Origin: Pavona decussata
Lineage: Eukaryota
Direction: 5' to 3'
DNA length: 64,000 nucleotides
NCBI GenBank assembly: GCA_977016875.1
Contig: CDRNST010000258.1
Location: 248,001 to 312,000 of the forward strand
Below are positions 1 to 14,700 of the stretch, in pieces. A program made the position numbers and the translations under genes. How positions within the stretch are numbered: the stretch's first letter is position 1; each line of letters starts with the position of its first letter. The notes under the pieces are model-generated. The model searched no databases. It saw only the letters and a list, made by a program, of their open reading frames with translations, and was not told where the DNA came from.

Positions 1-53
1 CATCCCAACTTTGTCGTTGGGATAATTTTGTTGCATCACATGTAATGTCTTAC

Positions 54-244
54 CTTTTTAAAGTTCAAACGTTTGTCCCTGTTTGGGTTACCCGAGCGAA
101 TGTAGGTAACAGCGTATTTCTTTACACTGGTGCCCTGAAAGAGCGGCCTCCGCCACGAGATTAAGAAATCCAGTTGTTCTGTTAAGCTGGTATTAAGCTC
201 TTTGTATGTCATGTTTCGTACTTTTACAGTGTTTGGGTTGGGCT
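54..244 (-). CDS. Exon 20: first exon of the next FN3 repeat (EPNPNTVKVRNMT...LISWRRP...YAVTY)
   Basis: TTTCAG acceptor, GTAAGA donor, same phase pattern as the other cassettes. Confidence 0.85.
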
Positions 245-3200
245 CTGAAATAAAACAGAGAGTTAGCAGCTAGTTTGTCTTGATCAAGGCGAGATTTTGT
301 TGTTTACGTACAGATAGCTAAATGGCTTAGATGTATGCGATAATATTATAAATTATTTCAGTGGACGATGGTTGATGCATTCTGGGTGCTACGTGTTCTG
401 TTGTATGAATTAGCGGACATGCTAACCTGGTGCGGTCGCAGTAACTTGGTCTTCCACCTTCTGTATGTATTGGTTGTCAAACACTGGTGTAACCTACAAA
501 ATATTGCAAACTAATAAGAACTATGTCAACCAATGTTGTTCAATCTTGTGGTAGCCAAAGACTGGATGCAACTTCATGAGTTTGAGAAAGGGTAATTCAA
601 GAACTAGAAAATTAGTGGTGCTCTTGAAATGTTATGCTGTCTCTTGCCTAAAAAAAAAAAAATGGTTCTATAGCTTGTTAGTTATTTTTCATAACATTTC
701 AACAAAATGTAATATTTAAAAATATTATATAAGACCTGTTGTAAGGCACCTTTGTTGATGGGGCCTAGAAATGCAGTCTGTTGAGCTTTTGCCGGAGGCA
801 ACTTTTCAAAATTCAAGAAAACCTCTTGGTAAAGACAAGTGAGAACGTTGACGATTTAAAGGGAAGATGGGGGAATTTATTTTTTTATTTGTTTGCCTTT
901 TTGCAGTTTAAAATTTGTTATTGTTGTTTTTTAGTCGTTTCGGTGGTCTGGCTGCTTTATTCGTTTTTATAACGTACCTTAAACATTAGAAACTCCTTTG
1001 GTTTCATTCCCGATAGATAGAATGTTGGTTTATTCTGTGATCAAAAGAAAATAATAATATGCATTTACCTTATTGCATTACTCGATATATTCTTGGATTA
1101 CTTAAAAGCTGTAACTTAAGAAATAGGTGAATTTCAATTTCTTACCACAGTTTTAACAACCGGCTTTTCGGCGTTATATCCCGTCAATTCGTACACAACT
1201 TCAAAGGAGCGGAACGTGAAATTGAAAGCTGGCCCAGTCCAAGACAAATTTAATGAGAAAGTACCATTTCCAAGCTCGGGTACAAATTTTCCAACTTGTA
1301 TATTTTTCACTCTGACATCGTTATCTGGCGGAACTAAAGACAAAAAGAAAAAAAAAATGTTATAAAATGATCAACGGATTGTCGTACCTTTGACTTTTTT
1401 TGTTTGAGCAAGAGCCGGACGCTGAAAAACCTCTATTTCCTGTTGTCGTTTGTAAGTAAAGGCCATTCCTTCCCCTTAGTTCCCCCTTTTGAAAAGATTT
1501 CCTTAATAGAAACATTTTCATTTCCAGTTTCGTTCGTTTTTTGCCTAAAATTTACCTTGCAGCGATTTAGTATAACATAATACTTTTCAAGTGACTAGCT
1601 GCTTCAATGGCAACATGATGTTGAGAACCATATGTTTAAAATCTAGATTTACTATGACATTATTTTATTAACAGTATTATAGTGGTTTGGGATATTTTTA
1701 GTTAAATTGAGAGGTTTTCTGAGGTTTTGGAGAAATTGGAGAATCCAGTATGGGGGTCTAGGATGGCGGCTGTGTAAAAACAAATGAAGTGCTTCTAATT
1801 CCTTATGACGTCACCATCCCATTGAGTGGACCCCTAAAGAGACTGTGTCACACGTGCTAAATACCCTCCTAGTTTCATTATCATGACTTTAACGCTTTGA
1901 AGTTTTTTTTTTTTTTATCACTGGGGAGAATGTGGGTGGGTGAAAAGGAGAGGGGAAGGAGGAGCCGCAATGTGCCTACTCTTAGGCTAAGCGATCGATA
2001 TGAATGAATTAAATTAATTCTTAATACCAGGTGCCCTTGTAATTGCAGACGCTTCTTTTCCTTGGACCCACGCGTGTTCGTATAGTGGCACAACCTAACC
2101 AAAAAAAAAAAAACCAAGATTCGTTTTGATGAATATTAAAAGTATTGATTTGAAACAGCCATCTTCCAGAAGGGTCAAGCCCAAGAGTCCATACAAGCAA
2201 AAAGAAATGCAAGACCAAGTTCAAGAAGAAAAATATTATCATTACTGTGGAAGCAAAGATAAGTGTAGTTAAGTATAGATAATGGACGACTTACCTGATA
2301 GTCCATCTGCTCTCCATGCAGTATACCGGAAATTACAAAGTGAGTTGTATTCTGTAAAATAATTCATGCATAGAAAATGATCATAGTCAATGATTACGTT
2401 GCAAGCACAGGACAGAGATTCAGATTAAAAATGTCCTTTAGACAAAGTCCTTAAAATATATAGATCTCAAAATCTTATTGATGATTACTTTCAGAAAATT
2501 AAGCTAATAAGGGGCAAACTTGATATTAAACAATTAAAGAGGCGATGTCGTGGGATTGAATCCGTCTTTTTGGTCACAACTATGCTGGAACGGGTCCTCA
2601 GTAGAACGCCAGGGAAAGATACCAAATGATTCCCATAAACCATAATCTGTTTTATCAACTGTTCTTAGACACAAGGGAAGGACTTGAAAATTAGCTATCC
2701 TGAGCCCAGTTGTTTAAATTCCGATTAAGCTAATCCTGGGCAACATAAACTTTGATTCCAGCTCATGAATGCGTATGAATACTTAGTAATTATTCTTCAA
2801 AAATATTTCTGTCCCTCACTTTTTACTTAGAGTTTCTTAACCATTAGCTGAAAATAAGCATCTAAAAAGATTTTTATGAGGGAGTTGAAAACCTTGGTTA
2901 ACTTTTAATCGTAGATTAGCGTTAATCGGCTTTCGAGCAACCAGCCCCTGGGCCTTAGACAGTTATAAATACTTTTAGTATGGTAGCTTTAATGCTTCCA
3001 TGATTGTAAGTGTTACTTTTTTTTGGCTTTTCAAGGTGTTACTACAAATAATGTTTAAGACCCTCGACCGTACCGGTATCATATTGTACCGCATGGTCTA
3101 GTTAATCTAGTCTTCTTAAGATATCACAATTCCCGTTTGGCCAAGAAAAAGTAACCGTAGTAAGGAGATGATAGACAGAGAGAGTCCTAAAGCATTTTTA

Positions 3201-6200
3201 TTTGTTTGCAAACCAATGACTGAGTTGAGACAAGTGAAGCGAACAACACTCACGATTTTGCCTCCAGTGCTGTTTTTGTTCCCAACCTTGTAAGAAAATA
3301 AGTACTCAGAGAGCACGCTATAATTAAAGGTGGGTCTCTGCCAAGATATGTTTACAACAAAGCTGCCTCCTCCTGCCGTCAGAAAGAATCGTCCCGCTGT
3401 TAAATTACGCACTTTTACTTCATCTGGATCGACACCTGTGGAGAAATGAAATGGAAGGTTGTTTTATTAGATTATTGTTCGCCAAGCTATTCAGCAATAA
3501 TTTGCAGTTATTACTTTTCGCATATGAAACCGTAAGTTGTGACAGTACAGCAGTTTCCTGTGAAAGTATTCTGATTGTATTATACAATGTGTTGTGCCAG
3601 TGAATCTTTAAGTGTGACACACTATTTTTTTTCCAAAGTTGGGGTTATTTCGTTTCTGTTTCTTGACATTATCCCAAAGAATATATTTCTTCTCGCGTTC
3701 ATAACCTTTATACACTGGGAATTAAGTCAAAATAAAATCATCAATTAAGATGACACAATTTAAAGAAAGTGGTATAAGCTAAAGTGCACTTGGGTAAACT
3801 ATTGTGCATTCCCAATATTACACACTACTGAGATTAAATGAGAGGAAAATGGTGGGATGAGAATGACTGGTGGTATCTGACTCTAACTGACAGGGTATAT
3901 TGTGTTGGACAACCTCATACGGTCTTCTAGTTCAATTTCCAGTCGTGTGAAATCTGTATCAAAGCAAAAGTACAATTAAAAATTCTGTGGTCTCATTAAG
4001 ACGGCCCTGAACTAAATAGCCCATCCCATCCCATTTTTTTTTTTTTTTTAACAAGCATGATAAAGTGATCGGGTAGAATCATATTTACAACGTGTCGGTG
4101 TTCTCATGAAACCATCATCAGGTCAAAATATAATGTTCAACAGATAACAAGAATATTAATGTTCAAGTTCAAGTTCAAGTCCCTTGAGGCTAGGTGAAGA
4201 GTTTTGCTTTTATCGAGTCACTTTGAATATTTAGACACGGTTTGTGCTCACGAATAAGGAACATTTCGTAGAGAAGACAATCAAATTTGCTGGAGCATTT
4301 CTTAAGAATGTGAAACATATTAGATGTTATTGTTCTTGATGGATGTTGACTTTGGCTGTGATTGAATATTGATCCAGATCTTTTATGCTCATCGATTCGT
4401 TGGTAAAGATGCCAGCGCGTGTAACCAACATAGCTGGCATCACACCAACTGATTGTTCGTTGATCAACGCGGGCTTGATTTCTTTATGTTTGAGAGTAGT
4501 AAGTTCCTTCTTTTCTATTTCTCAGTATCCCTGTTGGCCTAAAAAAAAAAAGGTTTGTTTTACTCTCTTATACCTCTGACGAATTAGCTGAGTGTTTTTC
4601 TGGATCGATACCTAATGTTTCTTTCTTTCTTTCTTTTTTTGTTTGTTTGTTTGTTTGTTTTTTTTTGTTTTGTTTTTTTTTTGCTTGTGCGCTTTTTGGC
4701 TGTCGGGTCCGGGTGTTTTGGTATTTGTTCTGGGTTTCCTTTGTAAAAGTGCTAGGCAAGCAAAGAAATTTTCTAGGGATATACTGTTTTCTTGAACGTA
4801 TACAGTGGGAAAGCCGGTTTATTATCTGTAACTTTTCTGAATAGCGAGAGAACCAAGAAAATGTTTATTTGGCGTGTATCATGTTTAAAATCAGTTCCTT
4901 TATTTATCTGATATGACAGTTTCATGCTGTCCAAAGTCCATTATATTTAGCCCGATATTATTAATTATCAAATTTAAGTCGTTCTTGTATCGCCAGGAAG
5001 ATTTGTATCCGCTGTCTCCGATACATCATCTTCGGATAATGATGCAGGCTGAAAGAAAAGAGGACGAAGAAAAGACAACCGTGTGCTAATATTATGGAAT
5101 GCAGCAATTCGAGTATGATTGCCTAACAAAAATATTTAGGCGAAGTTGCAGTAATAAGTAACGAAAACTGGAATCGATAGAAATAGAGATAGAACTGCTT
5201 ATGCACACACAGAAGAAATAGAGGATAAACTTGAGATTTTTCGGCTACCTTTTCCGAACTTTTCCATGCCGCCAAAATGATAAGATGACGTCACGACAGG
5301 AAAATTACGAAACACGAAATTACCCGGCTCAGGTAGTTGCTGTTTGAGTAATTACGCACTTTCGGGCATCCTTTTTGTTTGGTTGATCTAAATTTAATTT
5401 CTTCTTGAAGCTTAGGGTTCAAACACATTAACTTGAGGCTTAAACGTCTTGCAAAAAAAAATAATAAAATAAAATAAAAACGATTCCTGTTGCAGTACCA
5501 CTTTGACGTCACGCTGAAGTTACCTTGTGATTATTAGCAGCTGGTGGCATTGCTATCTCGTGTTCAGATGGTTAGTTCGTTTATCTACTTACAACAGACG
5601 TGGATGGAGGAAGGTAAAGAGAAGAGTTTCAGAGCAAGCAGAACAAACAACAAGAAAGGAAGACAAGATGATAAAGAAACATTAAAGAGGGATATATTGA
5701 AAATTAACAACGTCTACATTGACTTTATTCCATAGATCCTGTAAAATTTACTCGTGCATCCATTCGGGGATTTTTCTCTTACCAGGGGTAGTTATATTAA
5801 TTTCATTCCAAGCTGATGAAGGACGTCCATCTCGAAAAGCTGCTCTGACCTGTTTAACAATGAAAAAGGTTAAATATAACTGGCTGAGTTCGTTGACACG
5901 TTAAACATCGGCCTTATCGTTGCTATTAACAACGAATGTTTCTTTCCCTGGATTAATGCCATACAGAAACAGTTTATCACCACGCACTCTGAGATAATAC
6001 CTCGAGCTGTATGTTTACATTCATTAGACTGGCTAAAACTTACAGAAATCCAGTTTCCTTCCGAAATGTGACGAGAGTTTTCAACCAAGTTTAAATTATC
6101 ATTGGGTAACGTTAATTGCAAGTTTGCACTCAACAGTTCCAGTCAACTACACTTTGGGCTAAGGTAAATTTTCTCAAAAATTAATTATGATATATATTTT

Positions 6201-7203
6201 TTTTCTTCATAGAATGATAAACCAGCTAAGATACCCAGCGATTCATCCTTGGAGACCCATTGCCACATAGTTGGGATAGAGCAAAGATTTCACGGGCTAA
6301 ATCGGGACCACCTAAGTTTACAAGAAGGGCGACAAGAGCTCCGGGCTCCATCCCTACTATATATCTTCCCTTGGGTCTCCAAGGATTGTAGAAATTTTAA
6401 AATAACTGAAGCTTAACCCTCTGGAGTGGAAGAGCTGGTGGAGGAGGGTGTTAGGTTAGGACGACATAAGAAGCACAAGCCATCAAGCCAATTGATTTTG
6501 CTCACCATTTTTTTTTTCCTGTGAAAGATATTAAATGCTAACAAAAATGAGCAATTTGTTCTGAAGTAGAAATTATTCTACATGACAAGCATAAAAGACA
6601 TTTAAATCATATTGCTAATGTTTAGGCAATAAATTCCATCCCTTAGTAAAATCCAAGTTGGGGACATTTCAGCCACAATTTTGGTGACGTCATAAGCCGT
6701 CAGAATCGTTATTACCCATATAGGACGGTGGTATAAGTTTTTTGGTTGTTCGCCCAGGCGTTAAAATAACAAGTAACGTTCTTCATTTGTTCTTACAGTG
6801 CAACGAACTCAACTGGGGCCACCCAACATTGATCAGCCAATCACAGGTCACGTTTACAACAAAGGAGTCTGGCTTTGGTAGTTTGTTAACCAATCAAAAA
6901 CGAGAACATTTCTTTAAATTTTAAAGTATTTTTTTTTTCGGTGGCCCCGGTTGAGTTCGTTGCACTGTAATACTTTATTTATCTTTTCTTAGTGGGAATA
7001 ATTTTTCATTTCACCGTGTGAGCTTTCCAAACGGTTCCACACAGAGACAGGCCGTTAAGTAAGAATGAACGATCACTCATAAAATATGTTGCAGTGAATG
7101 AGCTTTTTGAACCAATGCCTTGTCGCCCGCCTTATTGGACGCCTCACTTTGCCTCGCTTTAGTTATTACGTTTCCCTTCTTTGACAATCAAATAATAATA
7201 ACA

Positions 7204-7241
<38 letters not shown>

Positions 7242-8643
7242 CTTGTATCTTTCATTTATCTAATTAATATTGATCTAGTAACGTTGCTATATCCCTTACC
7301 TTGATTTTGTATCTTGTCCCTGGTAAAAGGTTCTCAAAAGAGTAAATAGTGTTAACCTGCAGATTAATATTGATTACATTAAAATGAGTCGAGCAAGCAT
7401 AATCTAGACTTCGTTATGTAATATTTATTATAAAAAATGTCGTCAACGCTTAAATATAACGCTTTTAGGCGATACAAATTATTAAAGGAGCTTTAACATT
7501 ACTGAAGGTTGTTTAGGATGTGAAAACTTAGGGATAAAAAAAAGCTCTGTAGAACGAATGCCAACTAGCGCCCCTTCTGTAATAGTTTCCAATTTTTTTT
7601 CGGTTTTCGAAAAGAGTAGTTTTTTAAAAACACTGTCCAACCCTGTCAAGCGCATTTTTTTGTTGCTCTAGTACGGGTTGTCAAAAACGCTGACGTCATT
7701 ATGCCTTCATTTTTTATTGTCAACTTGTTTTAAAGACCGAAAAAGGCGTTTCACAGAGGAAGGAATACGAAATCGAAAAAATATATACATGATAAAAATC
7801 GTAAATATTAGCCACTTACGGTAGAAGCGTGTGTGTCAAAAACGAAAACTGTTGGCTGTTTTTCTTTGTCCATTTTCACGAAGTATCGCTGTACATCCTT
7901 GAATGGATAAATTGGGGGATCCCACATCACCGTGACTCGAAATCTGTAGTCTTCTTGTGCTGTGAAGGGGCTCACTGTTCGGATATTGCGGGCTATCCGG
8001 TCTTCTATGGGTGCGTCAGGTGGGTCAACTAAATAAAGAAAGCGGGTGAAAGAAATGTAGAAATGTAAATATGAGAGGGACGCCCCATTACACACATTTT
8101 TCTGTGTGGTTGCAGGGTCCCATCAGCTCACGCTTCGCGCTCTGCCAAGTGTTAGGAAACTCGATGAAACACAGCTTTACCCTTGAACACAACATTTAAT
8201 GGCCATTAGAAATCGATATACATCGATATATTGACGTCCGAGCGAGATTTCAACACTTTCGATTTCCGAGCTACAAAGACGCGAACTAGGGCACGTGACT
8301 TACAAAGCTAACATACTAGGGTAGGGTAGGGTTAATCATAGTCGTAAGTCCAGTCTCTCAAGTTTCTTAACTTCCCTTAGAGATCGGGTGCGACGAGCTG
8401 TAATACCAAGTACGTACTATTCTATCTGGTGCCCTGTCATGTAGTTTCATGGTATCACATTCACGCACGTCACACTTAATGACGTAATATTTCATAATAT
8501 GTCAAATTCTACTGCATAAAAGTCATGTGGATGTCGAACAATTCCATTGCATGTGATGTCAGCCTTTGCCATTTCCGATGACATCTTGAGGATAATTTTT
8601 GAAAGTTTTTATTATTATCATATTATTATTATTATTTTTATTA

Positions 8644-8681
<38 letters not shown>

Positions 8682-8693
8682 AGTAATAGGACT

Positions 8694-8733
<40 letters not shown>

Positions 8734-11700
8734 GAAACTACGAGCCTGATTACCCCTGAATTGTACGACACGAAGTCCTGTTACCAATTAATTGTGCCAA
8801 TAACAAAATGCGAAAATCTCAGTCTTGGAATGTCCAGTTGAAGCTGGACAGTTTACCTGGTCACAATTTTTTCATTGATTTTGATTGGTTATCATGTGCC
8901 ATGTAGTGAAATTGCATTGGCTGGTGGCATTTCCTACTTGATTTTCATTGGTGTCCGATTACAAGCTTCTAGTAATCGGACAGGTCAAATCGGACAGTTT
9001 TGGAGTTACATAGCAAAATTAAGCTATAAATATGGGCTATAAAGAACCAATCATATTCANNNNNNNNNNNNNNNNNNNNNNNNNNNNNNNNNNNNNNNNN
9101 NNNNNNNNNNNNNNNNNNNNNNNNNNNNNNNNNNNNNNNNNNNNNNNNNNNNNNNNNNNNNNNNNNNNNNNNNNNNNNNNNNNNNNNNNNNNNNNNNNNN
9201 NNNNNNNNNNNNNNNNNNNNNNNNNNNNNNNNNNATTTAAAAAAACATTTAACTATAAAAAAGCGATAAAATATTTCTTAAAATCATTTTATGATTAAAA
9301 AAAACTTTGCTGCTTAGTATCAGTCTATAAATACTAAAAAAACAACAATAGGTGATTAAAAGCTGTAACGTGAGAAAAAATTTAAAATATTCGCTTCGTT
9401 TAATATTTTTAATTTTTTTATCTTTGTATTATGTATTATTATGGTTTTAATGACCGAAACGTCTTAAAACGGATAAAAAAAAACCGCTGTAGACCTATTT
9501 AGGCATTGTTGATTCTTCTAAATGTACCTATGTTAGGATCGATTAAGCCAAATCTGCGTTTACAAATAAAGAACAAACTTTCATATCCAGAGTACCGTGT
9601 GAAGCAGTTAAACGTCCAGCAGGTAAACGCGGGCACGCAACATTTTGTTTACAGTCACGGTTCATTAAATGAAGTTAACTGTAAAACTGCAGTTTTTAGA
9701 CTTACATTCGTAGCAAATGCTTGTTGGGAAATCCCTAACGTTTTGGCAGCCTGAAAGGTAATAGAACAAACCATATTCAGCAACTGTTACAACTTAAACT
9801 TGTAATACGGAAGTCATTTTTTAGCCATCCGTTGAGGTATTAAATTAATGGATGGATGATTGATTGAACGACCACTCGATTTATCGAGCGAGTGTTTAAT
9901 CGGTCGTCCGGTCGGTCGATTGACCAGTCCACGATAGGTAATATTTTGAATTGAGCCAACTTGAGTAGTAGTACATGGGTAAATATCTACCTGGATAAGT
10001 GAACCTTAATACAGTTGGATCACCAGCACTGCATTCAATCAAGGAATAAACCTGTAAAACAAAGGTTACACAGCCATGTTTCATAATAACAACATTGTTC
10101 AAGCAAAACTTTCTACACTTACAAACTATTTTAGTTAATGAAACTTTTGTTTAATGACAAAAGCACGGAGCAGTACAGTAAAAATACAAAAACAGTCCCA
10201 TATATTTAATAGTAATTAGTATCTTACGAAAAAAAACTGTGCTACACAAAACAACAGCTAACAAAAGAAAACAAGAAAACAACTACAAGGTTTACACAAA
10301 ATTTGTGAGTTAAGTGCAAAGTTTTTATTATGAAAATTAGTTTTCACTCATACGCAAACAAAACTAACTTTCGTATGAAAAGCTTTTGCACTTAGCCTCG
10401 CTTTCATAATGAGGTTCACAGCAACTCGGAAATGGCCAATTGCATTATGGAGACAAACATTATGTGTTAAATTAAACTTGGACAGGTCTCTCCAATTAAT
10501 ATAGCGAGGTTAATTCTGAGCTGTCAGGCTTTTCTAATGAAATACCGCTTAAGAAAGACTTTCTGAAAACATGTTTTTTAGGAATCGATGTACCAAATAG
10601 AGCTTCTCTAACGTGACGGGGAGTAAAATTAACATTAGAGTTTTTACTAATTCAACCATGCCTTGTCGAGCCAAAGCGACATTGCGGGATAACTTGATAA
10701 TACTGCTGAACAGTCTCAATTAATGCCTTATGGTAAATTTTGTCGGCTTCTGAGTCCGTAGGTAAAAAGATTTGTAGAATATTTTAAGTACACTGACTTA
10801 AGATTTACAATCTTGGACTTTTGCAAACATTTAGGTGCTTGCATTTGCAACTTTGAGAGCAAACACAACGAAACAAAGGTGCAAAAGTTCTAAGTTACTT
10901 TAACTTAGCTTGTTAACTGTATTGAAAAAAGATCTATATATTGTCTTACCCTAAGTGTAAGAACACATTTCACCAGCTTCTGGTATATGTAAAGTGAAAA
11001 AGTCGTCTCGAGCTGTTAAAAGAAGTTCCAATGAAATGTAGCGTTAATTTGAAAGGAATACGTTAGTTTATCATCAATTATTTTTATTATTATTTTGTTC
11101 TTTTGAAGAAGTTGTTATTCACACCTGGAATACTTCATTTGTAAACGGCATACGGCCAGTACATTGCCACGATTAAAACAATTACCATGATGATAAGCAA
11201 CGATTAGTTGTGTGATAAGTGGGGTAAGGTAAGACTCAAATGCAACATGCTGCCTGAAAATTTCGGGATTGGATTCTACATCTTTTCTTTTTACTTGCTG
11301 TGCTTTTTCTTTTTCTTTTTTTTTTCCCTTTCACCAAGGCATGTGTTTAATTCAGCTGACTCACCCCGTTAGTCTCCCTCAGCCGACGGAAAAAACCGCC
11401 TGGGCAGTTAGATCCTGGTTCCACTTCCATGGCAAACTTTGTCACGAGATGTCGATGTTCTAAAGTCATTAAATCAAAGAGCTAGCGATTAGTTCCAATA
11501 TGAAATTGAGACCAAAAAACAGTGCACCACAACGTTCGAGTAGTGACTAGACAACTGAGAATTGCAAGATAGTCTTATGAAGAGATTTATCAGCGACGGT
11601 AACAAGGTCACAATTACAGATGTAGCTTTAAAGTGTAAAGGAAGACGACTGGAAGAAATTTGGGTTGGGAAGAGGAAGAAACCGTCTAAGAGGATCAACA

Positions 11701-14700
11701 GTAACCGAATATCATCTAACTTAAAATTTTATTAGTTGTCATTTTATCTGATTTTATTATATCCTTTTTGTTAATTAAGTGTCACGTGTGAATGTAGAAA
11801 TGCTAAGGCCAAACTGACTTGGTACAATTTAAAAGTATAAATTTCTTCTGTTGAGATAACAGACTAGTATAGTTTTGTAGAAACGAGTTGGGTATATACT
11901 GAGTACTTTCTTAGTCGTTGATTAAAAAAACTGAGTTTAAATCCCGTACAATTGTACTAGACTGCTTTAAACTTTTGCTTTGAATAACCGGATGATGACT
12001 TTTGTGTTGTACTGCTGTTTCCAAAGAATTTCAATCTTTTTTAGCCGCGAATGGTCACTTAATTAATGTGCGTGATTGTTGGTTTTTCTGAATTCCCATT
12101 TAATTGGTTTCATGCATTTCCTGGATTGCAAGTTTTCCCTTTCCACCTACCATTTGAAGGAATCCAAGAAGCAGTCAACTTGACTTTATCTCCGCTCTTG
12201 GCAGCATCATACACCAAACTGTCCAGCGTCAAATTTGCAACGTAATCCGGCTTCGATAGGGCTAAAATAAACAATTTAAGGGAAATATCAATATAAGATT
12301 GAGCTAGTTGTGCGGATTAAAATACACGAGTAAGGACGCAGTGCGCTTTCATTGTAAGCCTGCCACACTGTTGCAACGGGCCTAACAATTCAGCCGTGAC
12401 TGTGCCAACTGAGTTTTCTGCTGTACTAAAGGTAGGTATTTACATTAACTAGTTGATGAAAAGGGGTGAAAAAAGAATCATATACCGCTTTTTCAGGATC
12501 GGAGCATAAGGCCCTCAAAACACACAAGTACCCTTGATGACGCACCCGAAAATAAACCGCGGAGACAAACAATTTCATTCATCCATCCTGACCGATCAGC
12601 GAACACACAATAATAGAAAAATTAAAGATATGTAAAGCTACCACAACTACCGCCCTGCATCCTTAAATAGATGAACAAGCGCCACCAAACTTTGTGACTA
12701 TTTTTTTTTTAGAACTTTAACAGGGAACGATTTGGTGTGGCAAGTTTATTGAATTTAATATTCAAATGGCAGCCAAATTTGACACTCCAGCTTCTCAGAA
12801 ATTGTTTCTAATCAACAAAAGTCAACTTTTTTACTGTAATTAATTCATATGCATTAAGATCGGTTTAGTACTTTACTATTGGTTTCGATTACTATTTTAA
12901 TAATATGGTTGTCTTTTGGAAGTTTTGAGGGAGTCTAGAATATAAAAATGGCGAATTCATATGGCGGTCGTTTGGAATCATGACTTAATTTCCACGCCCT
13001 ATGACGTAATCATGTCCCTTAAAGAGCTCAAAGAAAACATACCAAGCCCCGAAGACGACAAAAGCCTGATCTAATATATGATTTAATATACATATTAAAT
13101 ATATATATTGACCTAATCTTTCTTTCACTTGGTTCAAGTTAACCACGATAAAAAAGGCCGGTCGGTAACCCTTAAATGTCAGAAAATAGCAAATTGACAA
13201 GTCGAAATCTTCAACCTTTATTGATAACGTGATTGTAATGTGGGGAGACGTCCTTCACTAGATGTTCGCCTTTCTGTTGTCCGTAATCAATATGTTCTTA
13301 AGAATTTTGCTAAAATTCCCACATCCAAACTCATAAGACTCTCAAAAACAAGCTCATTACACCAAAGTCACTCGCGATTGTGAAAAAATGATAAAAAAAT
13401 TCTTGAAATGCAACACCAACACCACCGACTCGGACTGTTTTTGTTGTTGTTGTTGTTTGTTTGTTTATTTGTTTGTTTCAACGTGAGTTCGAGTTTCCGG
13501 AATTTGTATACCGTATTTTAATCACGGGCTTCTCATGATTATTTTTTTTTTTTTACAAATACAAACACTACAGTTACAAACACTACAAATACTACAGATA
13601 CTCTGCCTACACAACTGAAAATAGAAATCTCACGCTACATTGTACTCTAATTACACAATTACTTTCTGTATTTACAAGATACTTTATATAAAGTTACAAT
13701 ATATGGATTTAAATTATCAAAAATATACATATAAATTTACATAATTTACATAATGCTATTTAATAGAAAAAAAAAAAAAAGAACAAAAGAACAGGCGGCA
13801 CTTACTCCTTTACACAATAATTATGATTGATATTTAAAACAGGGTTCCATTTTGCCTGAAAATGTTTTTAAACTTTAATTGCTTTGAGAGGCTATAAGCT
13901 TTTCAATTTCATATTTTCTCTTGACTACATCTTCGAAAGGCAAAAAGAAAGGGATTTGGTTATTTTTGCGGCAATTCCACAAATGAATTTTACCTAAAAT
14001 TATAAGGTAGTTGAGCAGGTCAGATCTCTCATCTAATACTCCTAAAATAATATTAGTATATTCCAGTTTTATTTGCTCCTCGGTTACTGTTAACCAAAAG
14101 TTTTCAAATTTAGTCCAAAAATCTGTTGAGAAAGAGCATAGGTAAAAGATATGTGCTAACGTCTCTCGAGAGGTTTGACAAAACGTACAAAGATCACTTT
14201 TAATCCTTCCGATTTTTATTAACCGGGTATTCAAAAACAAAATGTTGTTTAAAAATTTTGAACTGAAAACATTGTACAAATGTTTCAAGCGCGACTGATT
14301 TTACCAGTACAAATGCTTTTCGAGTCTCTTCTTCACTTAGGTTAAAATTTAGTTTATAGAAACCTCTTGAATGTTTTGCTTTTTCTTGAATGAGAAAAGC
14401 ATAAAAGTTTCTATTCTTGCTCGAGATAGGATCAAAATCTTTGTTACCGCATTTTAACTCAAGTGTGTTTCAAACATTTCTATCAAGGATGAGATTCCTT
14501 AAATGCCTCGGCACAGAGCAACGAACAGCAGACCACGTCAAGTAATTTGAGCCTATTAGTCCCTTGTCCTTTGCCATGTTAAAGGATTCAACATTGCTCC
14601 GAGAAAACATTAAATTGCTGGTAAAAATTACACCAGTATTTATGTAATTATGATAACAGATCGGTTTACCCTCCATCTTTATATTGCAATTATTCCAAAT

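Noticed and set aside
4970-5050. Strong acceptor-like site inside intron 13 of the FN3 gene
   Set aside because: No suitable donor found, and the flanking exons already join in frame
8547-8771. Poly-Ile and poly-Asn ORFs
   Set aside because: ATT microsatellite
9032-9298. ORFs spanning N runs (also 31723-32052)
   Set aside because: Artefacts of assembly gaps
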